64,000 nt of DNA from NCBI GenBank assembly GCA_044892525.1, contig CM097888.1, forward strand, positions 69,874,001-69,938,000. The letters run 5' to 3'. Below, in pieces: positions 23,101-32,100 of the stretch. The notes below the pieces were generated by a model, which saw only the letters and a program-made list of their open reading frames with translations, did not search any database and was not told where the DNA came from. A program made the position numbers and the translations under genes. The number at the start of each line of letters is the position of its first letter. Within the stretch, counting starts at the first letter, position 1. The stretch comes from Schmidtea polychroa. Its lineage: Eukaryota.

Positions 23101-26100
23101 TCAATAATCCTCCTAATATTTCGAAATCTAATCGATCTTTTGCCCATCCAGGTATTTTAATTTTTACCTCTTTTACAATCTTTTCCGCTTCTGATGGTTG
23201 GATACCCAATCGTCCGGTGATCGGTTCTGCGAGTTGTTGCATCATGTTCATTCTGTAGGTTTGCGAACGTGTGGTTAATGTACGGCCCTCTGGTTGACTA
23301 GTGGCTGTTTTTGGAATTGATTTGCATCGTGCTACGTTTACGTATATTGGCCTGGTAAATGGGTTATTTACCAATTTCACTCTTACATTGGTTTCGCCTA
23401 CGAATAAGATCTCATATGGTCCTTTTCCGTTGCGTTGTAACTTTTTTGTGGTTCCTGGAATTAATTCCGGGGTTTCTATCATTACCCAATCACCTGTTTG
23501 AAACGTATGTTGCTTCACGTTTTTCTTTCGATCGTGTAAATCTTTATAACTTTCCTGGTAGAACTTGATATTTAATCCCGCAGTTTCCCAAATCTCCTGC
23601 ATTCTTTCCTTGAATTTCGTAACATAATCGTCGATCTCCATATACTGCGATATCGGTGGTTGGTATTCCAGGTCCATTGGCATATTACATTCTCTTCCGT
23701 ACATTAATTTGAATGGGCTCATTTTCGTTGATGCGTGAATCGACATTCTGTACGCCATAAGACATAGGTTTATATATTCGTCCCAATCTCGTTGGTGACG
23801 GTCAACGTAGTTTGATAACATTTGTATAAGTGTTCCATTAAATCTTTCCGTCATCCCATTGGTTTGGGGGTGGTATGGAGATGTTCTTAGTTTTGCTATT
23901 TTGAAGTAATTTGTTACTTCGCTCATTATCTCACTCATAAAATTAGTTCCCTGATCGGTTAATATCTGTTTTGGTGTTCCATATCGGCAACATATCTCTT
24001 CTACCAGAATTTTTGCGATTGTTTTAGCTTTTTGGTCTGGCATCGCGAATGCTTCTGGAAATTTCGTAAGAAAGTCGGTAATCACTAAAATATAAACGTT
24101 TCCTCTATCCGATTCCGGTAATGGACCAACTACGTCCATTGATATCATCGTCATCGGCTCTATTGGTACGGGCATTGGCGTTAAAGGCGCTTTCCATTTT
24201 GATCCAGTATTTTTCCTGGTCGCACAAGTTAGGCAATTTTTTACCCATTCGGTTACATCTTCAGTTAACGTAGGCCAAAAATATTTCTGTTTCATTCTTG
24301 CTAACGTCTTTTTCGATGACATATGTCCTCCCAATCTCCCATCGTGATATTGCGTTAGTAACTCTTTTCGTCGGTTTTCCGGTATACACATTAATCGTTT
24401 TTCCCCATCCATTATCAGCAACCAATCTTTCTCTATAATATATCGGTGTCGGTGTTTATCCATATGTTCTTTTAATTTTTGGTCTTTCGCATATACATCT
24501 GTCTTTCCGGTTTTTACATAATCGATAATTTGTTTTAATTCCGCGTCCTCTTGTTGGTTCTTTCGCAATTGACAGAAATCTAGGTCTTCTGCTACCATTA
24601 GGCATATGCGTTGCATTTCTGAATCCACCAAATCTGGAAAAATAAATCTTGACATACAATCGGCGTTGGCATTTGCTCTTCCCGCTTTGAATTTTATAAA
24701 TGGGGAGTATTCTTGCAATTGCATGGCCCATCTCATCAGTCTACTGGACGCTTCTTTATGTTGCCCTAACCACACTAATGGTTGATGATCTGTGGTTATA
24801 CATATCTCATGTCCCCATAGTAAATATCGGAAGTGTTTGATAGCTTGTATTATAGCCAATGCTTCTCGTTCTGTTACCGAATAGTTCTTTTCGTGCTTTT
24901 TGAATGTTCGACTGTAATACCCGATTACTCTCTCTTTTCCTTCATCGTCTAATTGTCCCAGAATCGCGCCTGCCGCGTACCCGCTTGCATCCGTTGCCAA
25001 TAGAAATGGCTTCTTAAAATCTGGGTGTACTAGGATAGGTGCTTCGATTAGTTTATCTCTCAGCGTTTCAAACGCCTCTTGTTGTTCCTTCCCCCAAATG
25101 AACGAAATGTCCTTCTTTACTAATTCCTGGATTGGTTTTGCAATTTCTGCATAATTTTTTATAAATTTGCGATAGTATCCGCATAATCCTAGAAATTCCT
25201 GAACTTGGGTGACAGTTTTCGGTGCTGGACATGTTTTTATTTTCTCAATGTTTCTTGGATCTGGCTCCTTTCCTTTAGCTGACACTATGTGTCCTAAAAA
25301 CGTGACTTTTTCCTTTGCCCAATCGCATTTTGATGGTTTGAGTTTGAGTTTCCACTGTCTTAATCTAATAAATACGTTTCGGATATCTTCCAGATGTTGT
25401 TCAAATGTCGCTGAATAGATTAGTAAATCATCAATATATACCATACATTGTTTGATTCCATGAGTGACAAAGTTCATACACCGTTGAAATGATGCTGGTG
25501 CGTTGGTCAGTCCGAATAGCATTTTCCTGAATTGATATAGATCTCGTCCCAACGTGAAAGCTGTTTTCTCTTTGTCCTCATCTTTGACTTTAATCTGCCA
25601 GTATCCACTTTTTAGATCTAAAGAAGTAAAATATGCTGCCCCTTGCAACATCAATAACATCTCATTGATGTCCGGCAATGGATAGGTATCTCTCTTGGTT
25701 ACTGCGTTTAACTTCCGATAATCGATACAGAATCGTTGGGTGCCATCTTTCTTTTTTACCATGACCACTGGGAATTGCCAGGGTGAGCAACTTGGTTCGA
25801 TTACTTTTGCGTCTAGCATCTTTTGTACTTCTGCTTCGGCTATTTCTTTTTGCATTTCTGCTAGCTTGTATGGTCTTAATGCAATTGGAGTTTCATCTAT
25901 GAGGGGTATTGCATGTAGGGTAACATCGCATGTACCCAAATCTAAATCTGAGATGGCGAATATATCTTTATATTCTACCAACAATCGGTGCAATTTTTTC
26001 TTTTCATCATTCGTCAACAACATACTATCTATTGTCCATAATTCATCATCTTTGATCATCTCGTTGGTCACTTTCGGTAATTCTATGTCCATCATTGGGG

Positions 26101-28870
26101 TCAATCTTCCCAATTTTTCGTTCTCATAAATGATTTTGTCTTCCTCTTCGAAATTCGTGATGTTGAGCGGTATCACTCCTTCTTGGTTTATTGTGATTAT
26201 TTCCCTTTCGAGTGGTAACTCTCGTCGCTTTTCAAATGACTTGCTTGGTTCAAAGATAACTTCTCCTTCCATACCCGTATCCACTTTTATCTGACAAATC
26301 ATCTGCGATTTTGCTGGTACTATTATTTTTTCTGGACATCTGATTACTGCATTCATTTTGCATATTCTACCGGTTTTGTCTTTTAAACACATGGTGGTTA
26401 AGTCAATTACGACTTCTTTTAACAATTCTGGCATCAAATCCGTTCCGATTATGCATGGTACGCTAAGTTTTGGTATTACTGCCAAATACGTTTCAATTTC
26501 GTTGTCCTGGTATCTCAAAGTAGTCCACCATCTTCCGACCACGTCCACTGTTTCTTTACTACATGCTATGATGTGAATTGTTGTTGATTCGATATCTTTC
26601 CAGTGTTTACTGGGGATTTGATTAATCGCTATCGCTGATACATTAGCTCCGGTGTCTATCATAGCATTGGTTTCTTTACCATTGATTTGAATCATAACTG
26701 TTACTGCTGGACCTCCAGGTAGACTCATTGCTGCTATTGTTCTTACGTCATCTGCTTGATCTACACTTTTGGTACGTCGTGTTGGCATATAATGCATACC
26801 GGGTTGACTCGGTAATTGCGGATACATATTTTGTGTCATGGTCAAAGCTGCTTGTGGTCCCACGATATCCGGTGGTATGTAGCTTCCATTGGCGATCCAG
26901 GTATTTGTCTTTTCCTTTTCCCAATATGGTGCCGTTTCCATTGGTTTTTCGTTTGGGTTTCTGTTTGGATATAGACATTTATCGTTCCCGTTATCGTCGT
27001 CGTCACTATCGCTGTTAGATGATTGGCTTCTAAATCGGTTCAAGAATTTTGGCTTATTCTTTTTCAATTGTCGTCTTGTTGCTTCATCGTACATTACTTT
27101 CCGGAATCGTCTGCCTACTTCTTCGTCGGTTCCTTTAATCTTTGTTAATATTTTAATCAATTGCTTTATCCGATGAATGTCTTTTGAGTGACCATGTAAT
27201 ACCATGGTTTTAGCTAAAAATGGTAGAAAGCCTACTATCATTTTCCAATTTACTTTCTTTTCTCGCTTGTATATATCAAAACACGCTAACATTTGTGTTA
27301 GTTTTACTCTGACTATCTGAATTATGAGTATGATCCCTAATATCCCGGCCATCATTTGTCCAAAAACTAAGAATCTTCCCCACATTGCTTTCATCATGTT
27401 CGATGTGGCTTGTTGAAAATGGTCTGGTGATAGTAGCAGCTCGTAATTCGGGCCTGATTGATAATTTGTTCCCCCCGTTATTGTAACCATATTTGACAAA
27501 ATGGATTCTCGTCTGGCTGGGAAGAGTACGTTAAGTCGTGCTGTTTCTAGATCTTCTGGGGAATACATACCACCGTTTGACACGTCTATAGGTTTGAAAT
27601 CCAGCTCTGTGGCGAGTTCTATTAATCCAAATTTCTTGGGCTCCTCGGATATGGTTTTTCCCGGTAACATCATCCATTTCCCATCGGGTCTTTCATACAA
27701 AGGTCCGTATGCATTAGAACAGTTAAAGAGATTTGGGTAGAAACCCACTGGATTCATAATTCTAGTGACTGGTAGGACGAATCGATTTTGTCCTTTATAA
27801 CGGATTTCTAATTCATTTGCACATCTCTTTTCGGGTAGTATGGATTTTTCTGGCATTCGTGCATACGTCTTGGTACACTGGTATGTGTACATCACTTCTC
27901 CTACCATTCTACCAAAATGTCCATCTGGTAATGGGAGTGATGGCATTGTGTTATCTGGGTGTGTTATCGCAATAGCTAACTTGGTTTTCAGTATTTCTTT
28001 ATTCAATGAACAATCGTTTTGTATCAGATCGTAATATACTTTTTGCAAGGTCGTTTGTCCACGGTGAAATAGAAAATCCATTTTATTATTTGCATATAAG
28101 TATAGTTTTACGTCCTCCGTTGCTATCTTTCCCACTGCTCTATCGATTATTTGTCTCGACATATAGATACCAGCGTAATTGGTTTTATATACTATACTGT
28201 CACATTTGGTGGTTTCTTTCTCTTTGATAAATCTCATACCTAGATCTGGATCGTCTGTGATTAATGCTGTTGGTGTCTTCTGCGTTGAAAGTCTCTTTTC
28301 TCTGGGAGATGGTGGCATTGGTTTTCCATTTCGCATTCTCACCCTGTCGTTTCCATCCTCGTCGTTCTCGTTCTCATATATTTCTCCTTTTACTTCATTG
28401 AACAAAGCACTTTTTAACAGTTGGAGTCGGCATTTTTGGGTATTAGCTTCATAGATTATAGTTGATACTCCTGTCCTGCATACGTTTTCTGTAGCTCTAC
28501 ACGCTGGGTTGGTCTTCATTTGATAATTATTTGCGTCAAATTGCGCTTCGTATTCTTTTAATTCGACCGTGTAAGACTCGATCACTACTACTCCCGATAT
28601 TACCTCACCTCGGATCGTATACGTACCTCCGTTACATGACCCATCTGATGATTTTAGTTTTCCGGATACGTAAACGCTTTCGGTTTTAATCATTCCAGTT
28701 TGTCCGTGAATCGTCACTCCGTTATGCATTTTTAGCGCTCCGGTTCTAAATAGCTCTTTACAGTCCTCTCGTTGTATGGATACGATTTCTTTATCCAGAC
28801 CAGGTAGTATAAGAGTCGAATACGAATATTGTCCACAGTAATATGGAGTACCTTTTTTGATACCACGCAT
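20165..28870 (-). CDS. pol: Env-Pol polyprotein (2,901 aa ORF): chuvirus/gB-like glycoprotein + TM, aspartic protease, RT, RNase H, integrase, ankyrin repeats, C-terminal membrane module
   Basis: Env motifs YYCG, GSCNGG, GEVMYTYQC, RCANEL, FVLPVTRI and a TM at ~27305-27375. PR IDTGA (26648-26656). RT PYK/SPW/DYRKLN/LDLKSGYWQ/FGLTNAP/YIDD (25427-25438). RH TDAS..EREALA..TDH. IN HHCC, MDVVGP, TDQG, ERFN, GPY. ANK motifs GDTPLH, GYTPLMIAA, KNALHHA, GETAMMYAA. Confidence 0.93.
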   Translation of the reverse strand: MRGIKKGTPYYCGQYSYSTLILPGLDKEIVSIQREDCKELFRTGALKMHNGVTIHGQTGMIKTESVYVSGKLKSSDGSCNGGTYTIRGEVISGVVVIESYTVELKEYEAQFDANNYQMKTNPACRATENVCRTGVSTIIYEANTQKCRLQLLKSALFNEVKGEIYENENDEDGNDRVRMRNGKPMPPSPREKRLSTQKTPTALITDDPDLGMRFIKEKETTKCDSIVYKTNYAGIYMSRQIIDRAVGKIATEDVKLYLYANNKMDFLFHRGQTTLQKVYYDLIQNDCSLNKEILKTKLAIAITHPDNTMPSLPLPDGHFGRMVGEVMYTYQCTKTYARMPEKSILPEKRCANELEIRYKGQNRFVLPVTRIMNPVGFYPNLFNCSNAYGPLYERPDGKWMMLPGKTISEEPKKFGLIELATELDFKPIDVSNGGMYSPEDLETARLNVLFPARRESILSNMVTITGGTNYQSGPNYELLLSPDHFQQATSNMMKAMWGRFLVFGQMMAGILGIILIIQIVRVKLTQMLACFDIYKREKKVNWKMIVGFLPFLAKTMVLHGHSKDIHRIKQLIKILTKIKGTDEEVGRRFRKVMYDEATRRQLKKNKPKFLNRFRSQSSNSDSDDDDNGNDKCLYPNRNPNEKPMETAPYWEKEKTNTWIANGSYIPPDIVGPQAALTMTQNMYPQLPSQPGMHYMPTRRTKSVDQADDVRTIAAMSLPGGPAVTVMIQINGKETNAMIDTGANVSAIAINQIPSKHWKDIESTTIHIIACSKETVDVVGRWWTTLRYQDNEIETYLAVIPKLSVPCIIGTDLMPELLKEVVIDLTTMCLKDKTGRICKMNAVIRCPEKIIVPAKSQMICQIKVDTGMEGEVIFEPSKSFEKRRELPLEREIITINQEGVIPLNITNFEEEDKIIYENEKLGRLTPMMDIELPKVTNEMIKDDELWTIDSMLLTNDEKKKLHRLLVEYKDIFAISDLDLGTCDVTLHAIPLIDETPIALRPYKLAEMQKEIAEAEVQKMLDAKVIEPSCSPWQFPVVMVKKKDGTQRFCIDYRKLNAVTKRDTYPLPDINEMLLMLQGAAYFTSLDLKSGYWQIKVKDEDKEKTAFTLGRDLYQFRKMLFGLTNAPASFQRCMNFVTHGIKQCMVYIDDLLIYSATFEQHLEDIRNVFIRLRQWKLKLKPSKCDWAKEKVTFLGHIVSAKGKEPDPRNIEKIKTCPAPKTVTQVQEFLGLCGYYRKFIKNYAEIAKPIQELVKKDISFIWGKEQQEAFETLRDKLIEAPILVHPDFKKPFLLATDASGYAAGAILGQLDDEGKERVIGYYSRTFKKHEKNYSVTEREALAIIQAIKHFRYLLWGHEICITTDHQPLVWLGQHKEASSRLMRWAMQLQEYSPFIKFKAGRANANADCMSRFIFPDLVDSEMQRICLMVAEDLDFCQLRKNQQEDAELKQIIDYVKTGKTDVYAKDQKLKEHMDKHRHRYIIEKDWLLIMDGEKRLMCIPENRRKELLTQYHDGRLGGHMSSKKTLARMKQKYFWPTLTEDVTEWVKNCLTCATRKNTGSKWKAPLTPMPVPIEPMTMISMDVVGPLPESDRGNVYILVITDFLTKFPEAFAMPDQKAKTIAKILVEEICCRYGTPKQILTDQGTNFMSEIMSEVTNYFKIAKLRTSPYHPQTNGMTERFNGTLIQMLSNYVDRHQRDWDEYINLCLMAYRMSIHASTKMSPFKLMYGRECNMPMDLEYQPPISQYMEIDDYVTKFKERMQEIWETAGLNIKFYQESYKDLHDRKKNVKQHTFQTGDWVMIETPELIPGTTKKLQRNGKGPYEILFVGETNVRVKLVNNPFTRPIYVNVARCKSIPKTATSQPEGRTLTTRSQTYRMNMMQQLAEPITGRLGIQPSEAEKIVKEVKIKIPGWAKDRLDFEILGGLLTMIENYANRERTHPLLRVVKSQWPILFTITDHYGDTPLHKLMKVGNNEQILETIEAFHDCKRSTEQTNNQGYTPLMIAANRGKTKDIITALLDTGSKITTQDHERKNALHHAIEGKSTEAFTSLMELLSYEDNREVGNMYDGLLTAIKEKLTTITGILITWRNPIQNDYMINVNEAFTRGENTLMREAMKGHHLFEIPNQLLERGIKFTNHKDEQLAKKRIDTFEKSIFQFTNQVRNKYWETVSVLYMMDTMNNIRENYLDIIQILTAEERINNPNGKKTKIRYEKSRESKSTTNQTVTNNVIETKSMSIDQEAIIRKAKEVFFEEMLELPDEIILSKIIKAVHTYARDQTTGLDIGKIKTFLPRAFTMVTKDSRTPLQQAILAAKENRAITIMRILGEMGEETNTKNEQGETAMMYAAITKIHPKTLHILHQSGSRLDEKSNEGNSTLDWATIQPNLEMIRFICKNATKEEVENMCKNTSQFQWNTVRKNLEAMKLLLTWKVPQNNKYAINVNEFYENGENAMVKNTLTKGGTPKIILIVLNREDLKFTQNQNEQQRIGKHRRMQLRELVKEWNRKRHAATGRKEFEFEAKLARNRVLTAYRRLLNDINVEDDILNDSGGDKHDDNDGKGRKEDKGKREPEEDKPENKDLDTKREGNSPGTKTKEEEKPNNGKQRVCLPFTNKEIETNMILMIIMLTMIELVTAHGGTRTIKETKEAENQDSKEDELKQEKKKQAQEQQWDLKEEWDLKERCILGRCMSRAYQKLVLINEDTEPITEVRIQEAYRNRDGKRITNVKGKEVHLGKGGEIVITQLQPRREHKVCISRLGPGERCHQYVTQQQPPKEYTVCIWRNESKRECRRYPGKRGKKRKNHDEKNEGGKHKKTGEEAQDNYVSEEEMEKIQKMAKEGMNEEIARIREMMKGNGKRGNEKGIEAISTLTNKEKPENISVKQMMWISGIIITGAFLIITGGDNKNNQR

Positions 28871-29175
28871 TCCCTTGCTTGCGTTCTGATGAAATCTGAT
28901 TCTTGATATACATGGTAAGTAACTTTTGTTCTTACTATGTCTAATTTGTTGGGTGATGCTTGTCTACATTCTTCTATGTCTCTCAATGAGTATTTATCTC
29001 TCATTATCATATTATCACAATCGTAGATGGTAAAACCCGTTGCTCCACTGGTGCACAACATCCATATCATCATAGTCATCATTAACGAATTTATTGATGC
29101 TTTTCGGCTTGTTGGGTCTTTCATGGGTAGTTCCCATTCTAGTTCATTTAGCAACTTCTTCAATCTAACTTGCAT
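28732..29175 (-). CDS. env: N-terminus of the envelope glycoprotein (signal peptide plus start of ectodomain); joins the large ORF by a -1 shift near 28852-28858
   Basis: Hydrophobic leader SLMMTMMIWMLCTSGATG, then FTIYDC...IEEC...HVYQ...ECVVSKK. This continues as (G)TPYYCGQYS in the -1 frame, as expected for chuvirus-type G N-termini. Confidence 0.78.
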   Translation of the reverse strand: MQVRLKKLLNELEWELPMKDPTSRKASINSLMMTMMIWMLCTSGATGFTIYDCDNMIMRDKYSLRDIEECRQASPNKLDIVRTKVTYHVYQESDFIRTQARECVVSKKVLHITVDNIRIRLLYYLVWIKKSYPYNERTVKSYLEPER

Positions 29176-32100
29176 CGACCTTTCTTGCTCATTTTTTCGT
29201 GGTGCTTGTATAAGTCTTTTCCACGAATAATATGTGGTTCAATAGTATTCTCTATGATTGAAACGGTCATTTCCACATGATTTGCAAACTGTTTATTTGG
29301 TATTTTCCTCGCAGCTAGTCCCATCAAATTAAACATCAAATACGTGATTACCACTAGGTGATGTTCGTCATCATTTGCATTCGTCGTGAGCTGTTCAATC
29401 ACTCTCTTTGTTTCATCCCAGTCCGTTTTGGTGGTTTTCGTTTTCTCTTTGATTAACTTTGGAATTATCCCCGAAACGATGTGCCATAATTGTCTAGCTT
29501 CCGTACTGGCTACTTTCCGTTGCCACAAACGTCTAAGTTGTGGGTTTGTTATTATTAACATATCTTTTAACAATTCTCGTATCCATTTTTCTCCTCTTTC
29601 GATCGTTGGTTGGGCTTCCTTTAGATCCCATACTATTTTATCCAATTTTTCTAATCGAACTTGCCCTTGTTCTTGCTTTAATTGTTCTTTGGTTTTAAAC
29701 TCAGACTTTTCTCCTTGTTTCTTAGGTCTTCCTTTTGCCCGTTTTTCCATCATCGTTCCGGCTTCTCTGGTATTTTCGTAATTCGGATTTCTTTCGTTAT
29801 CCGTCCTGGGTAATGAGCTATCGTTATTTCTTAGCCACTCATTCCATTCGTCTATTATTTTATCGGTTTGACCTTCTGGTGTTACTTTCGTTGGTTCTCT
29901 TTGCTTCTGGAATTGTTCATCCGTTTCGGTTTCCGTAGTATTGTCGATGATTTCTTTGATGTTCAGTTTCGTTGGTTGTTGATAACTCGTTGATGGCTGG
30001 TTATTAGTCCACATTTCGGCTCCTGTCGGCCATCTCACTAATAGCGGTGATCTTTCTCCTGGTTCATCGTCACTATCTTCCAGGATTATCTCTTCAACTT
30101 CTTCAGTTTCATTAGATTTACTTGGTGCTTTGTTCGGACTTGGAGTACTCAAACTGCCTTTTGTTGGTTTAGTAATTTTACTTTTCCTTTTTAACGGTTT
30201 CCCCAACGTTTCTGCCATTGTTAATACATTTGTCTCTTCCAATCTCATGGGTGTTATTCCGACGTCTGCATTATCGTCTAGTGATTTTCCGAACAGTTGC
30301 AGATGGAATGGAGTTTCATATGCTAATTTCTTTTTTAATTCTCTAATCTTTGTTGTTGGATGCACCTCTAGTTCCTCGATGCTCTTGTCCGGATACTTGA
30401 TTCGGATGTGATACCTCTCCTGAGTGTCTTGTGCCCATTCCTGATTTCTCCATTTTCGAATAATTTGTTCTAGCTGTTCTGGATACCATTCATTATATTG
30501 CCGGTATTCCTCTATTGCCTTTGCCATTCCTCTCAGATTGTGGATGTTTTCTGATGTTTTTAAGATGATGTTAGCCAACGCTACTACTTGGCGTTTTTGA
30601 TTTTTCGCTCCCATTGCTAAGATATCGCCTAATTGTTTATATCTTTCTTTCTCTTCTCGTTCTCTTGCTTCTATTGCTTCCTCGCCGTCCATATCAGCAT
30701 ATTCTCGTTCCTTTTTCCTCATTGCATGAATATGTCTCGCTTCATTTTCGCTTTCTGATGTGACATCCGTCTCGCTTTCGTCATCCGATGTCTGTTCCCT
30801 TTCTTCTTCTTCATATTCTGGAGGTTCCTCTTCTTCTTCCTCCGATTCACTTTCTGTCTCACCAATGTCTGTTTCTACGAAGATTCCTTTCCGGATTTCC
30901 CATTCCTTAGTTTCTGCATTCCACATTCTTTCCCATGGGGTTCGTCTGCAGGATCTGGTACTTAGTTTCGTGATTTTTCCTTGTAGTTCCTTTTCTTTTA
31001 ACCATTGTTGGTGGATTTTAATTATTTCCGTAGATTTTTGATATAACGTTTTCATCCGGTCTCGTATTTCTTTTTGATAGGTTACATCTCTTGTTCGAAA
31101 TTCATCCATTGGTACTATCCTGATTATCTGATGATTGTCCCACATACCCATTTCGCTTAACGAGGTGTCGTCCTCCGCTCGTAATATTATTTTATCGTAC
31201 ATCATGACTACATCATCCACCATACCATCACTACTTTCGCTACGTAACTTTTCCGTTATCTCTTGGTTTATTTTTGATACCAAGTCATCTACTGTACTCT
31301 GATTGCTCATTTTTATTCGTCGTTTTTCTTCGTTCGGTAACCATATGGTTATTTCCAACCTCTGTGGCTGGGTTTCTTTTAACCTTCCATATTTGTGGAT
31401 TAAATTTATGGTTCTCCAATCACTCATCCGGAGCATTTCTGTATCTCGCAATCGGCTCATTAGTTCGTACATGGCTGGGGCTCGTCTGGTGATGAGTAAA
31501 TCCCAGTTGTCTTCCACTTGTGCTTGAATTTGTTTGATCAGCTTATCCAGGTTTCGTCTCAGAGTACATTGTTTTATTTGTTCTAATTTCAATTTGATGT
31601 TAAAATCATATTCTGCCTTGGCATCTTTAGCCCAATCGTACAGGTTGGCTGGTTGTTTTTCTTTATGCAACTTCAGTATTTGCGTTTCTCCTGGCCATAT
31701 TAGTGCATCTACTAAGTGCATATCTGGTTTGATCTGTTCTCCTTGGTATTGATACAGATATTCTTTCTTTCTCGAACTTCCCAAATGTTCTCGTATCCAA
31801 TCGAAAAGTTCGTCGGTGACTGTATTTTTTATCCACATTCTTTCAAGTCCTCTGCTCGTTCCGATTTTTATGACATACCGCGTGGTATCTGCCTGCTTCA
31901 TTTTTTCCATATACTTTTTTATAATTGATTTTTCCTCGTTTGGTATTAAATCTTTCTCGTTTCTTTCCAATTTCATCACTTTTTGCACGAATCGCCTGAA
32001 TGGTATTACGTCGATGAACTCTTGGTTCCTCACTACTACTGGGAGTATTTCAGCTACTTGTTTTATCGCTTCCTCCCTCTCTTTTCTCAACTTTATTTCG

